A stretch of 64,000 nucleotides of DNA, taken from contig NIVC01001987.1 of assembly GCA_002269645.1 (NCBI GenBank), forward strand, positions 62,001 to 126,000. Reading direction: 5' to 3'. Origin of the DNA: Macrostomum lignano. Taxonomy: Eukaryota. The translations under genes were made by a program, and so were the position numbers. Positions within the stretch are counted from its first letter, which is position 1, and every line of letters begins with the position of its first letter. Positions 47,301 to 59,699 of the stretch are shown here, piece after piece. A model generated the notes under the pieces. It had not been told where the DNA came from and made no database searches. It saw only the letters and a list, made by a program, of their open reading frames with translations.

Positions 47301-50300
47301 GCCTTGAAAAGTAAAGTTTAAAGAGTTGCATCCTATTACTACCAGTAGTACTTGTTGAGAACAAAAAATGACTCGGTGCTACTGGTAGGTGCTGTTTGAA
47401 TGCCAGGAAATCGCATGTGCCGCTGAAATTAAACTCTAATTTGCCCCACCAGGTGGAGAAGGAGCCGGCCGTGACCAAGGGCAAGCGCCTGCTGAACGAA
47501 TTGCACGCCCATCTGGCCGCCGAAGGCTTCGAGGAGCAGTTTGTTGACCAGGTGACCGACTCCGTGGTGGCCGTCACCCGGCACAATCCCGCCAGCCACC
47601 AGAGCGTCATCCTCATCGCCCACACCGCCTTCTCCGCGCCTACCGCCGACTTGCGGCCGCACGTGCCGTCCCTGCCGATCAGCGGCAGCATTGGTGAGGT
47701 GATCTTCGAGCTCACCTTCAGCCAGACACCGGCCAAATTCGTCCGCGACCCCAGCGTCATCAACGGCCTGACGGGCTGCTCGATCGAGGCTCGGGAGCGC
47801 CTGCCGCTGGAGAAGTCGCAGCTTGTGGCTTTTGGTGACGGCCGCCTGCACTTCAAACACCTGCCGCCAGGAGCGGTGAGTTGTAATACAATGCCACTGT
47901 GAGTAGCTAGACGGGCACCTGTGGAGCTATTTCCCTGCTACGATTTCGTCAGCGGCCTGTGGCTTGTGTAATTCTCGCTGATGAGTGCCAACGCCCAATG
48001 CATGCGTGCGGTGCTCATGTTAGCTGTTTACTTTGCTCCTGCCAGGTGGTGGCTATCCGGGTTCTGCTCGACAAGCCCTCGGAGCTGGCCTGCTTGGCCC
48101 TGAAGAAGTCTCTGCTCAGCTGCAAGTCGCCCGAGTCCGGTGTATCTCTTGAGGACGCCGTTTCCGGGCTGAACGCTCACCACCTGTCCCACCTGCTGTT
48201 CCGCTGCGCAGCCGAGGAGGGCGGCGGCATCTACAATGTGCCGAGCTTCGGCGACCTCGTCTACTGCGGGCTGCACCGGCTGGGCCGGCTGATGCGGGAG
48301 GTCAACCTGCGCAAGGATCTGGGACATCCGGTGTGCGGCAATCTGCGGCAGGGCGACTGGCTGCCCAACTATGTCCTGGGCCGGATTGAGAGGTGAGGAT
48401 GCAGCTGTAGTGCCAGTTTACACTTGGTAAATGCCTGTACTGCAGGTGTGCACAGACCCTGGATTGCGTCAGTAGCGGCTCGTCCTGGCAGCTTGGTAAA
48501 TGCCTGTACTGCAGGTGTGCACAGACCCTGGATTGCGCCAGTAGCGGCTCGTCCTGGCAGCTTGGTATTTAGCAGACATTATAGCCAATACGTCTTATAG
48601 TCGAAGGGGAAGGGGAATAAACACAGGGGACTAGCCTCAGCTCCCTGCATTGCACCACAGGTGCGGCTTCGCGCCCAAGCTGGCCGCCTGGCTGTCCGAG
48701 TACCTGAAGGCGATGCGGCAGGTCCCGCGCTACCTCGTCCCGTCCTACTTTGGCTCGGCCGTCATACGCATTCACGACGCCCTGCTGGCGCGGGCCCGCT
48801 CGGTGCTGCTGCCCGCCTGTCCGGCCGCCTCCCGCCTGCTGTTTTGTCTGTCTCTCGGCTCCCTGCAGTTCGTCGGCGACCCGCCCGACTCGGCGCTGCC
48901 GCCGTTGGCGCCGGCGCTGGCCGACCAGCTGCCGCGGCTGTCCATCGCGGCCGGCTTCCCGCACTTCGCCGCCGGCCTGTTCCGCAACTGGGGCCGCGAC
49001 ACCTTCATCTCCCTGCGCGGCCTCCTGCTGCTCACCGGCCGCTGGGACGACGCCCGCTCGGTGCTGCTGGCCTACGCCGGCGCCCTGCGCCACGGCCTCA
49101 TCCCCAACCTGTGCGGCGGCGGCGGCGTCGGCGCCAGGTACAACTGCCGCGATGCCGTGTGGTACTGGCTGCACTGCGTCTGCGAGTTCGTTGCCATGGC
49201 GCCGTCCGGTGCCAGCGTCCTTGCCGATCCCGTGCTGCGCCTCTTCCCAACCGACGATTCTCAGCCGGTGTTTGACTGCGTGCAGCCGCTGCACCAGGTG
49301 AGCTTTTCTCCTGCAAAATTTGCAAGCTTTGTTTTTTGGTTAGCAACAAAGTCCAATGCGCAGCTGCTGGTGTTGTGAGCCAATTTACGCTCTTCTGCGG
49401 AGTTTCCAAGATGCATTGGTGCATTGTGCGATGCACAGTACAATGCCCTGCTAATAACTGTCCTTGTCTGTCTTTCTGAGCACACATGGAGCATCTTCTA
49501 GCATCATAGGCAGCTGCAAGCGTACCTCGGTTCCTCGCTAAGTCAATTGACGCAGTGTCATAGCCAGCGTTAACTAACTAAGCTCCTACCTGCCTCTCCA
49601 GGTGATGCAGGAGGCCCTGCAGCGCCACGCTGACGGCATCGACTTTGTGGAGCGCAACGCCGGGCCGCAGCTGGACTCGCACATGCGGCCCGAAGGCTTC
49701 CGCGTCACCGCCGGCCTCAGCTGGCCCTTCGTAGTTGGCGGCAGCCGCTGGAACTGCGGCACCTGGATGGACAAAATGGGCGGCTCGGAGCGGGCCGGCA
49801 ACCGCGGCGTGCCCGCCACGCCCCGTCACGGCTGCGCTGTTGAGCTGACGGGACTGTGCGCTGCCGTGGTGGACCGGCTGGCCAAATTTCCCAGGTTAGG
49901 CTCTGATTATTTGCTCTGCCAATGCTTCATTAATCAGAGCTTCAACTTACCCTGCAGCAATAAGGTGGCAGCTCTGAGCTGCCGTTGGGAGTTGCCCAAA
50001 ATAATGCACCTATTGCACGCAAATGTGCTGAGTGGCCCATCTAGTTAATTCCTGTATCTGTTGTCCTGGCTATTGTTAATACTCCGCAAGTTAACGTAAA
50101 TTAAAAAACCTAAATCAAGTTTTTATCGATGTGAAGTGCGTTTCTAATATATAAAATTGATGCAGATGCGCTTTAGACGCAGCTCAAAGATTCTACAGCG
50201 ACTCCAGCACGCCTCAGATACGGCTCTACGGCCTCAAGAGTCGTTGCAAAAGCATCGCAAAGACGACTTTCAGCCGACATGTACCGTAACATCTCGTCGT

Positions 50301-52167
50301 TTTAGAGAGTAGTCTAGAGTAACTTCTTTCCTTTTTACCTGTGTTACCTGCAACAACTCTGGGGCGGCGCAAGTGACTCTGAAATGCTTCTTGGCCTTGG
50401 TGCCGTTTTCGTGTCCATTTTATCTGAGTGCCGCTCTGCCTATCGCTCCTGCGCAGGTCCGCCTACCCGTACGAGGGCGTCAAGCACGGCGGCCGGCTCG
50501 TCTCCTGGGCCGACTGGGCCGCCGACCTCGCCAAGCAGTTCGAGCCGCGCTTCTGGCTGCCCGAGTCCGGCCACTACCGCGACCGCTGGCTGCCGGACGT
50601 GGATCCCGCCGACGACCCCGAAGGCCGGCAGTTGCGGCCAAACTTTCTAGTTGCCATGGTGACGGCACCATTCTTGTTCAGCGCCGAGCGAGCCCGCGCC
50701 GCCCTGGAGCTGACGGAGCGCCGGCTGCTTGGCCCGCTCGGCATGCGGACGCTCGACCCCGCCGACCCGGCCTACCGCGGCCGCTACGACAACTCGGACG
50801 ACTCCGGCGACTTCAGCGTGGCCGGCGGCTTCTCCTATCACAATGGGCCCGAGTGGCTGTGGCCGGTGGGCTATTACCTGCGCGCCCGGCTCGCTTTCTC
50901 GGAGCCGCCTTCCGGCCAGGTCGGTCACGTCCAGGCCGTGCTGGCCCGCTGCCAGGCCGCCATGGAGGCCTCCGACTGGCACAGCCTGCCCGAGCTCACC
51001 AACCGGGATGGAGAGGTGAGGCTTCAGCAGCTGTTTCTGCTCATATTGATTAGTTGTAGCTTCCATCTAATCACTGCTCAAAAGTACCGCTGCAGCTACA
51101 ACAGTATGAAAAACCGCCTACTGGAGAGTAGCAAGTAAAGAATCCAGAGAGCAGAGCATGTGTATGTGTAAGGGGGCAGAGCATGTGTAAGGGGCAGAGT
51201 GTGTGTAGGAGGGCAGAGCATGTGTAAGGGGCAGAGTGTGTGTAGGGGGGCAGAGCATGTGTAAGGGGGCAGACCATGTGTAAGGGGGCAGACCATGTGT
51301 AAGGGGGCAGAGCATGTGTAAGGGGCAGAGCATGTGTAAGGGGGCAGAGCATGTGTAAGGGGCAGAGCATGTGTAGGGGGGCAGAGCATGTGTAAGGGGC
51401 AGAGTGTGTGTAGGGGGGCAGAGCATGTGTAAGGGGCAGAGCATGTGTAAGGGGGCAGAGCATGTGTAGGGGGGCAGAGCATGTGTAAGGGGCAGAGCAT
51501 GTGTAAGGGGGCAGAGCATGTGTAAGGCCGTAAGGGGCAGAGTGTGTGTAGGGGGGCAGAGCATGTGTAAGGGGCAGAGCATGTGTAAGGGGCAGAGCAT
51601 GTGTAAGGGGGCAGAGCATGTGTAAGGGGGCAGAGTGTGTGTAGTGGGGGCAGAGCATGTGTAGGGGGCAGAGTGTGTTTAGGGGGCAGAGCATGTGTAG
51701 GGGGCAGAGTGTGTGTAGGGGGGCAGAGTTGGTTCTATTTTGTGCGCAGCCACATTTACTTGAAGCTTGTGCACAAAAGTCGGCTGGGAGATCGGCCGTC
51801 ATGCGATTCACACCCGATGAGGCACAGGCAGTCTAGAAAGTCACCCTGTACACCCCGTATACGCGCGTGTGTGAGTCTGTTGAATTGTCTCAACGATGTC
51901 GCCCAAGGTTTTCACAACCCTCCTGCGAATGTTTTTCATTCCTTCATAGTTCACCGTCCAAGCTGGTCTTGACCTTTTTGTACTCGCTATAAGATATTCG
52001 CTTCAAGATGCTTTATTAACTACTTGTTAGTAGGCGATCTCGTGCAATGACCAACTCCAACCCCCCCCAATGAACTGCAGCCCTGCCCACACAGCTGCCA
52101 AGCCCAGGCCTGGAGCATGGCCACAATGTTCGAGGCAGCCTGCGACCTGCGCAACCTGAAGCTGTGA
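41397..52167 (+). CDS. AGL: Glycogen debranching enzyme (4-alpha-glucanotransferase / amylo-1,6-glucosidase), 11 exons, ~1472 aa
   Basis: Exons 41397-41798, 42258-42716, 43889-44268, 44703-45272, 46959-47220, 47453-47875, 48046-48392, 48661-49297, 49602-49894, 50457-51015, 52081-52167 join in frame (4419 nt). Motifs [63 protein letters not shown]. Confidence 0.97.
42770..43840. repeat. 15-bp minisatellite (TTGGGTTTGAG(C/T)AGC)n filling AGL intron 2
   Basis: About 70 units. Confidence 0.96.
45305..46912. repeat. 72-bp minisatellite filling AGL intron 4
   Basis: About 22 units; the 24-aa periodicity of the ORF track confirms the period. Confidence 0.96.
51145..51727. repeat. ~22-bp minisatellite (GGGGCAGAGCATGTGTAAGG)n in AGL intron 10
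   Basis: Read directly; the G-run length varies. Confidence 0.94.
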
Positions 52168-53381
52168 GCTCGCTGGCCATGAGACTTTGGGATTATTGAG
52201 ACTCCAAGAGAATGCAGACTCTGAGCTGCTCTCTGCTGTAGTATTAATTTTTTCAATATGAACTTCATCTTAGAGAACACCGGATGTGCGAACATACCTT
52301 TGATTTCAGTAGCACCTGCTCTGAGCAGCCCCATGTAGAATTTTTATCAAACCTGTCACAGAGCTCTCAGATTTGCCACGTAGTCCCAAAAGCTGCACCA
52401 TTTTAGTTGGTATTTTGTTTTTGTCCAACCAACAAACTATTTTACTTGCTATGCCCATAAAATGAATCGATTTTGATCTGTCAGAACCAGTTTAGTAAGA
52501 ATTGTTTACAGCTATTTTGCTCTTAGATGTCATTAGTTACCTAATTAGAGTCGCATGCACCAGTGAAATTCGACTGTTTCATTGGCATCGAGATTTTTCC
52601 CTGTCACCCTAGCACTCTAGCTGTAGCGATGCTTGTGTAGTATTTAGTAATAAATATCCATTGGAATGCTTAGTGGCTTTCTTTATATTTTATTTCACAA
52701 TCAGAAAGCATAAAAATATAGCAATTGCCAGGCCTGACCTGAAGCCAGTTTAGCCATTCTCAATTAGAATTAAATTTGAATAAATTCTTTAATTTCTTAT
52801 GCGAATTGAAAACGCTTATTATTTAAAAGAGTAGTAAATGTACTTTATTATGTACCTTATCAGAGGAGAGGGCAATGCCGTTTATGATTGTAGACACTCC
52901 TAGTAATTAGGGAGAAAAAATCAATAAAAAAAAATTTCCGGCTCAAGGCGACGTCGCTCGCCTGGGTACGCAGGGCGGGCAGGGCAGACGGAATCCGGAA
53001 ATTGCAGGAAAAATGAGCCAATACAGACGCAGAGCGGGCGAGTTACATCCAGGATGAGCAATTGATATGTAATTAATACTAGCAATGAGTCAAAGCTTTG
53101 AGATGCAAGTTCAATCTCAAAATGTAAGAAATTGTGTCTCGTCCAGCTTCTAAGTGGTCATTGAATCGTTAGGTGGCGTCTCTTTATTGGCGGTGTGATC
53201 TTGAATGTCATACTTAGCATGGATTTTAAGGGGTCTAGTTTATCATGTTCGTTTTTGTATTCCTGCTGCCATTTATTGATCTCATCAGATTGATCTCAAT
53301 GGGAGCAGTAACGAGCTACCTTGAAAGCCTGACAAATCTTGCAGGTTAAATGTTCAATTTGAAGTACGAAGCAAAGGTGCA

Positions 53382-54440
53382 TCAGCCAGTGGCAAGTGTA
53401 AATCCTTCGCTGTAAATAAGGTGGTCAAAGTCCTTATGAATCCACAATATATCGCAGTCCTCCCACAGTTCTGCATTTTTGACATCCAGCGCTGACAGGC
53501 CCGGAGTCCGCCAAGCGGAGTAGTTTCTGCTGGCGAAGAAGTCAACTATCGTTGCGCTGTCAGTTCCGACCATGTGCTGCCTCAGAAACTCCATCTGCAC
53601 AAAAACCACTCTGAACTGGGTGAACAGACAGCCCGACGTCCTCAGGAAGTCCGCCTCTCCGCCCTCGATGTCCAGCTTGATGACGACGTTCCTCGTGCCG
53701 ATGAGGCCGCACAGCCGCTCGCTCCTTACCGGCATCACGGGGATCGAGTCGACCACGGCTCTACCGAACTTGGTCGCTCCGCCGACGTTGCAGTCGTCAG
53801 GGAAGTTGAGGAAGCTCAGCTGGTCTCCGGATCCGATGAAGTTCCACACGAGCGCCGCATCGAGCGCCGCCGCGTTGAGGCTCAGCCGCAATCGGAGCAG
53901 GTTGCGGATGTTCGCGTCCAGCGACACGACGGGCAGCCCGAGTCTCGCGGCCAGCAGGCTGTAGACACCGATGTTGCAACCCGCGTCGAGGAAGGTCGCG
54001 TTCGGCACCTTCAGAGCCAGTCTCATGGTTGTATGGACCAGCTCACGCTCCCATTCGTGACTGGTCTTGATGGCCTCAGAAATCATGTCTTTCCCAGGGT
54101 AGACGAACATTTGCAGCAGATTTTCGTTGAAATCGCGGATTCGAGCTGGCACGCTGCCCTTGCGGATAATCTGCATAATCTGCGGCACGAACGGGGTGGC
54201 TAGTTTGCACAGCGGGAAACCAGCCGAAGTTTGTTTGTAGGCCTCGGCATTGACGCATAGGCGATGTCGCAGTTTCGGGTCCAGAAAGCTCATGTTCTTC
54301 AGTTCTGAGTAGGCGACGCAATTTTTCGGTCGCATTTCTACGCGTGCGCTGTTCGAGACAGAGTTGTACAGTCTGACGCAGAGATAGGCGGTGCTGCAGG
54401 CTAGTAGTAACAGCACCCTCAGGTACCTGAGGGTCAGCAT
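53382..54440 (-). CDS. FkbM-family (Methyltransf_21-like) SAM methyltransferase copy 1, intronless, N-terminal signal anchor, 352 aa
   Basis: Motif I FLDAGCNIGVYSL, FkbM-type VIKLDIEGGE, and a hydrophobic N-terminus LRVLLLLACSTAYLCV. Confidence 0.85.
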   Translation of the reverse strand: MLTLRYLRVLLLLACSTAYLCVRLYNSVSNSARVEMRPKNCVAYSELKNMSFLDPKLRHRLCVNAEAYKQTSAGFPLCKLATPFVPQIMQIIRKGSVPARIRDFNENLLQMFVYPGKDMISEAIKTSHEWERELVHTTMRLALKVPNATFLDAGCNIGVYSLLAARLGLPVVSLDANIRNLLRLRLSLNAAALDAALVWNFIGSGDQLSFLNFPDDCNVGGATKFGRAVVDSIPVMPVRSERLCGLIGTRNVVIKLDIEGGEADFLRTSGCLFTQFRVVFVQMEFLRQHMVGTDSATIVDFFASRNYSAWRTPGLSALDVKNAELWEDCDILWIHKDFDHLIYSEGFTLATG

Positions 54441-57400
54441 GGTCCTTCCAACTTGCCCTGGGCGCTGTACCCGCTGGTTTATGAATTTCTCAAGTCTGAG
54501 ATCAGTTGCTGAGAGCTAGCTGCCTTGGCTTTATTACAGTGACTCCCAGATCCACGTCCCCGTTGCCTCCAACTGCAACTGCTTGGCTGGCAGCTGTTGA
54601 AAAAAGTAGTGGAGTACAACCTATGCGGACAGCGAAGCAATAGAAACTAAGACAGTGCTGCCTCAGCCCTCTACAGAGGCAAATCGATTTTCCTTTTCTA
54701 CAGTGAAGCGTCAGAACTGCCGCAAACGGTCTATTCGAAATGATATCCATTGCCAAAAATGCACGATTGCTGGAGACGTGCTTAATTTTATTTTATTGCG
54801 ATTTCACTTGCTTCTACGCGTGTTTAACAGAATTTCTGTGGTGTATTCGAGTGCAGCACTCACTCAGACCATTTGCTGGCACAGGGCACGGGGCTACAGT
54901 CCAGTAAGTCTTGCGGATGCAGAGTCACTATAGTAGGGTGGACTGGCAGCAGATTAGGGAACAAGAACCGTTAGTATTAAGAGGACGCGACACGTCTGTC
55001 TCGCTAGTATCAATAGTTATGAAAATCGTAATGGGGACTCGATTGCGGTTTGAAATGCATCAGTTAGGATAACGAATTTACAGTTTTTGCCAAGATTTGA
55101 CATTTTCTCACATTTTGAGACTCTCCAAGACTTTCGAAAAGCCTATGAAGACCTACTGCACATATTTTTTTATTCCGAGGTGATTTCACCAGTTAAGTAA
55201 CTTTGTCATGAAACTAAAGTTACCAGAGAGACCCAGAAATCGAACAAAACTGTAGTGCTTTCTAGCCAGCATACGCTCGTACACCCCATTTGATTTATTT
55301 GCCTGGCAAGTGTTTATACATGTAAATTCAATCTTAACAGTTTCAAAGTAGGTGCTTAAAGTCCTTGTGCAGCCAAATTATATCGCCATCCTCCCAACTT
55401 TTAGCAGCCGACAAGTTCAGCCGCTCCAGGGTCTGCGCTCTCCATGCGCTGTATTTGCGACTGATAAAAAAATCTGTTACAAAAGCCCTGTCATCCGCAG
55501 GCATGTGCCTTTCCAAGATCTCTATTTGAACTGCAGCCACTCTGAACTGGCTGAACAGACAGCCCGACGTCCTCAGGAAGTCCGCCTCTCCGCCCTCGAT
55601 GTCCAGCTTGATGACGACGTTCCTCGTGCCGATGAGGCCGCACAGCCGCTCGCTCCTTACCGGCATCACGGGGATCGAGTCGACCACGGCTCTACCGAAC
55701 TTGGTCGCTCCGCCGACGTTGCAGTCGTCAGGGAAGTTGAGGAAGCTCAGCTGGTCTCCGGATCCGATGAAGTTCCACACGAGCGCCGCATCGAGCGCCG
55801 CCGCGTTGAGGCTCAGCCGCAATCGGAGCAGGTTGCGGATGTTCGCGTCCAGCGACACGACGGGCAGCCCGAGTCTCGCGGCCAGCAGGCTGTAGACACC
55901 GATGTTGCAACCCGCGTCGAGGAAGGTCGCGTTCGGCACCTTCAGAGCCAGTCTCATGGTTGTATGGACCAGCTCACGCTCCCATTCGTGACTGGTCTTG
56001 ATGGCCTCAGAAATCATGTCTTTCCCAGGGTAGACGAACATTTGCAGCAGATTTTCGTTGAAATCGCGGATTCGAGCTGGCACGCTGCCCTTGCGGATAA
56101 TCTGCATAATCTGCGGCACGAACGGGGTGGCTAGTTTGCACAGCGGGAAACCAGCCGAAGTTTGTTTGTAGGCCTCGGCATTGACGCATAGGCGATGTCG
56201 CAGTTTCGGGTCCAGAAAGCTCATGTTCTTCAGTTCTGAGTAGGCGACGCAATTTTTCGGTCGCATTTCTACGCGTGCGCTGTTCGAGACAGAGTTGTAC
56301 AGTCTGACGCAGAGATAGGCGGTGCTGCAGGCTAGTAGTAACAGCACCCTCAGGTACCTGAGGGTCAGCATGGTCCTTCCAACTTGCCCTGGGCGCTGTA
56401 CCCGCTGGTTTATGAATTTCTCAAGTCTGAGATCAGTTGCTGAGAGCTAGCTGCCTTGGCTTTATTACAGTGACTCCCAGATCCACGTCCCCGTTGCCTC
56501 CAACTGCAACTGCTTGGCTGGCAGCTGTTGAAAAAAGTAGTGGAGTACAACCTATGCGGACAGCGAAGCAATAGAAACTAAGACAGTGCTGCCTCAGCCC
56601 TCTACAGAGGCAAATCGATTTTCCTTTTCTACAGTGAAGCGTCAGAACTGCCGCAAACGGTCTATTCGAAATGATATCCATTGCCAAAAATGCACGATTG
56701 CTGGAGACGTGCTTAATTTTATTTTATTGCGATTTCACTTGCTTCTACGCGTGTTTAACAGAATTTCTGTGGTGTATTCGAGTGCAGCACTCACTCAGAC
56801 CATTTGCTGGCACAGGGCACGGGGCTACAGTCCAGTAAGTCTTGCGGATGCAGAGTCACTATAGTAGGGTGGACTGGCAGCAGATTAGGGAACAAGAACC
56901 GTTAGTATTAAGAGGACGCGACACGTCTGTCTCGCTAGTATCAATAGTTATGAAAATCGTAATGGGGACTCGATTGCGGTTTGAAATGCATCAGTTAGGA
57001 TAACGAATTTACAGTTTTTGCCAAGATTTGACATTTTCTCACATTTTGAGACTCTCCAAGACTTTCGAAAAGCCTATGAAGACCTACTGCACATATTTTT
57101 TTATTCCGAGGTGATTTCACCAGTTAAGTAACTTTGTCATGAAACTAAAGTTACCAGAGAGACCCAGAAATCGAACAAAACTGTAGTGCTTTCTAGCCAG
57201 CATACGCTCGTACACCCCATTTGATTTATTTGCCTGGCAAGTGTTTATACATGTAAATTCAATCTTAACAGTTTCAAAGTAGGTGCTTAAAGTCCTTGTG
57301 CAGCCAAATTATATCGCCATCCTCCCAACTTTTAGCAGCCGACAAGTTCAGCCGCTCCAGGGTCTGCGCTCTCCATGCGCTGTATTTGCGACTGATAAAA

Positions 57401-57897
57401 AAATCTGTTACAAAAGCCCTGTCATCCGCAGGCATGTGCCTTTCCAAGATCTCTATTTGAACTGCAGCCACTCTGAACTGGCTGAACAGACAGCCCGACG
57501 TCCTCAGGAAGTCCGCCTCTCCGCCCTCGATGTCCAGCTTGATGACGACGTTCCTCGTGCCGATGAGGCCGCACAGCCGCTCGCTCCTTACCGGCATCAC
57601 GGGGATCGAGTCGACCACGGCTCTACCGAACTTGGTCGCTCCGCCGACGTTGCAGTCGTCAGGGAAGTTGAGGAAGCTCAGCTGGTCTCCGGATCCGATG
57701 AAGTTCCACACGAGCGCCGCATCGAGCGCCGCCGCGTTGAGGCTCAGCCGCAGCCGGAGCAGGTTGCGGATGTTCGCGTCCAGCGACACGACGGGCAGCC
57801 CGAGTCTCGCGGCCAGCAGGCTGTAGACACCGATGTTGCAACCCGCGTCGAGGAAGGTCGCGTTCGGCACCTTCAGAGCGAGTCTCATGGTTGTATG
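53606..57897. repeat. 1931-bp tandem segmental duplication (2.2 units)
   Basis: 53606-55966 is nearly identical to 55537-57897; gene starts (54440/56371) and gene ends (55343/57274) are both offset by 1931. Confidence 0.95.
55343..56371 (-). CDS. FkbM-family methyltransferase copy 2 (chimera: N-terminus of copy 1, C-terminus of copy 3), 342 aa
   Basis: Same motifs; identical to copy 1 through the core and to copy 3 from FSQF onward. Confidence 0.85.
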   Translation of the reverse strand: MLTLRYLRVLLLLACSTAYLCVRLYNSVSNSARVEMRPKNCVAYSELKNMSFLDPKLRHRLCVNAEAYKQTSAGFPLCKLATPFVPQIMQIIRKGSVPARIRDFNENLLQMFVYPGKDMISEAIKTSHEWERELVHTTMRLALKVPNATFLDAGCNIGVYSLLAARLGLPVVSLDANIRNLLRLRLSLNAAALDAALVWNFIGSGDQLSFLNFPDDCNVGGATKFGRAVVDSIPVMPVRSERLCGLIGTRNVVIKLDIEGGEADFLRTSGCLFSQFRVAAVQIEILERHMPADDRAFVTDFFISRKYSAWRAQTLERLNLSAAKSWEDGDIIWLHKDFKHLL

Positions 57898-58380
57898 CAC
57901 AATTTCTGGCTCCCAATTCTTGCTTGTCATGATCTGCATAGAAATTGCGTCGTTCTCAGGATACACAAACATTTGGACAAACTCATTCCTCATATCAAGG
58001 AGTTTCGCGACCAGACTTCCTCTCCTGACAACGTCCAGCAACTGAATATTGAACGGGTGTTGCAGCCGACACAGCGGGTAGCTCCCTCCAGCTCTCACAA
58101 ATGCTTTTTCATCTTTGCAGAGGATGCTCCTGAACTTAGGGTGACGAAAGTCAAATTCGCGCAGCTCCAGGTGGCTGTGGCACCTTACATGCTGAGCTGC
58201 TCCGCTGCTGATCTCCACCAGAGCGTCGCAAAGCGTAGAGTCCAACCTGCAGCTGATGCTGTTGAATTTCGAGCTCTTCTGAGTCATTTTTGCTGGCTGC
58301 CTCTCTTCCAATAGCGCCCAGAAGGCGACGCAGCAGGCAGTAAGTAGGAGAGCCAGAATTTTCTGCCTTGAGAGAGCCAT
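57274..58380 (-). CDS. FkbM-family methyltransferase copy 3, 368 aa
   Basis: Same core; distinct N-terminus MALSRQKILALLLTACCVAFWALL. Confidence 0.85.
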   Translation of the reverse strand: MALSRQKILALLLTACCVAFWALLEERQPAKMTQKSSKFNSISCRLDSTLCDALVEISSGAAQHVRCHSHLELREFDFRHPKFRSILCKDEKAFVRAGGSYPLCRLQHPFNIQLLDVVRRGSLVAKLLDMRNEFVQMFVYPENDAISMQIMTSKNWEPEIVHTTMRLALKVPNATFLDAGCNIGVYSLLAARLGLPVVSLDANIRNLLRLRLSLNAAALDAALVWNFIGSGDQLSFLNFPDDCNVGGATKFGRAVVDSIPVMPVRSERLCGLIGTRNVVIKLDIEGGEADFLRTSGCLFSQFRVAAVQIEILERHMPADDRAFVTDFFISRKYSAWRAQTLERLNLSAAKSWEDGDIIWLHKDFKHLL

Positions 58381-59699
58381 GCCGGATGTCAGATCCCAGA
58401 CTTGGCTGACTTGACGCGGAGTTTAATGGCTGCGCCTCTGCTCTTTATCTTGCCATTCTGGCATTCCAAATCGATTAAAGTCAGGTAAAGCTTTGCAGCT
58501 GGTACAACACATTGTAGTATTGGTTTAGGTGCTTGCGTACAGAAATTGCTGACTTTATGACCAAAGAGTTTTAGATTGGACATCAAGACTTTGCGTCAAA
58601 ATAGAAAATCATTTCTGGAACTACTGGCGGCGTTTGAGCATTCTATTCCCGGAACTTCATAATTCCGGCTTCAGCCCACTTTTTCTGAAGTCATTTAATA
58701 GGAATTTTTCCGGCCTTAGCTTTCCCCATCTCCTCCCAATTCAATTCGGTGGGGGCAGAGGAACGATTGACAATACTGTGGCTCCACTGGGTTGCGTCAC
58801 TCTTGATTAGCTAACGGTCTTATGCGTTTTTATTGACTGACTCTATAAGTTTAATGTACAAGTACTGTACTCATAGCCTGCCCGCCGCGAGCTTGTAGCT
58901 TATTGCACTTGAATGAGTTTATGTTTTGGCGCGGCAAGATGTCTCTCAGTTTGTGAGTTGCAATGTAAATGCACGAGGCTCGAGACGGTGTAGCAAGTCG
59001 TGAATCTCTGCGTACCCAATTTGCCTTTTATTTCTCACTTCGACACGTAATTCTCAATACGGCAGGAATACGAGGCGATCTCGCAGTGGTAGCTGGTCTT
59101 GTGTGGAATGAAAGGCTCAACCCTCCCGCTCCAATATGCTGCAGTCACTGCCGTTTGGCTTGCACCGTCTCAGTACGGACTGCTGCAACGATTAAACACA
59201 ATTGCGCGTAACCAGCTGCCATGGCACCACATGCTTCACTAGTGCTTTGCCGTATGCTTCTCTTCTGACTCTGAACCTTTCTACAGTGTACCCCTGGAGA
59301 CTCTGGGGCACTGCGCGGCATGCAATGAGCTTAGGAAAATGCGTTGATTGGCACGACTCTGCCGTTTTCCAATGCTGCATGCGCAGCTCGCTAATATCAT
59401 TTATGACTTAGCGCCGGACTCAGGAGCAAGAGAAGTTCCTATTAGTAAAAGGTTTTTCGTAAGCTCTCCTTGAGACACGTATGCAGCCTTCTAACCGAAT
59501 CTTTTTTCGATCAGCAGCCAATAGGGTTCGATGAGCTTGAATCAGAGCAACAGTCCTGGCTGGCGAGTGAGCAGAGTTGGAATAATAAAAATGCATCGCA
59601 CTGAAATGCTTCTGTCTGAAGCTCACGAAGCCAGTCGTGTTGTGACCAGAGTTCAAAGTGACTGCAGGATTTGGGACAACTGAAGTTCACTTCCCACTG

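Noticed and set aside
52933-53003. AATTTCCGG..CCGGAAATT inverted repeat around a GC-rich core
   Set aside because: Only 9 bp per arm, with no TSD or other support.
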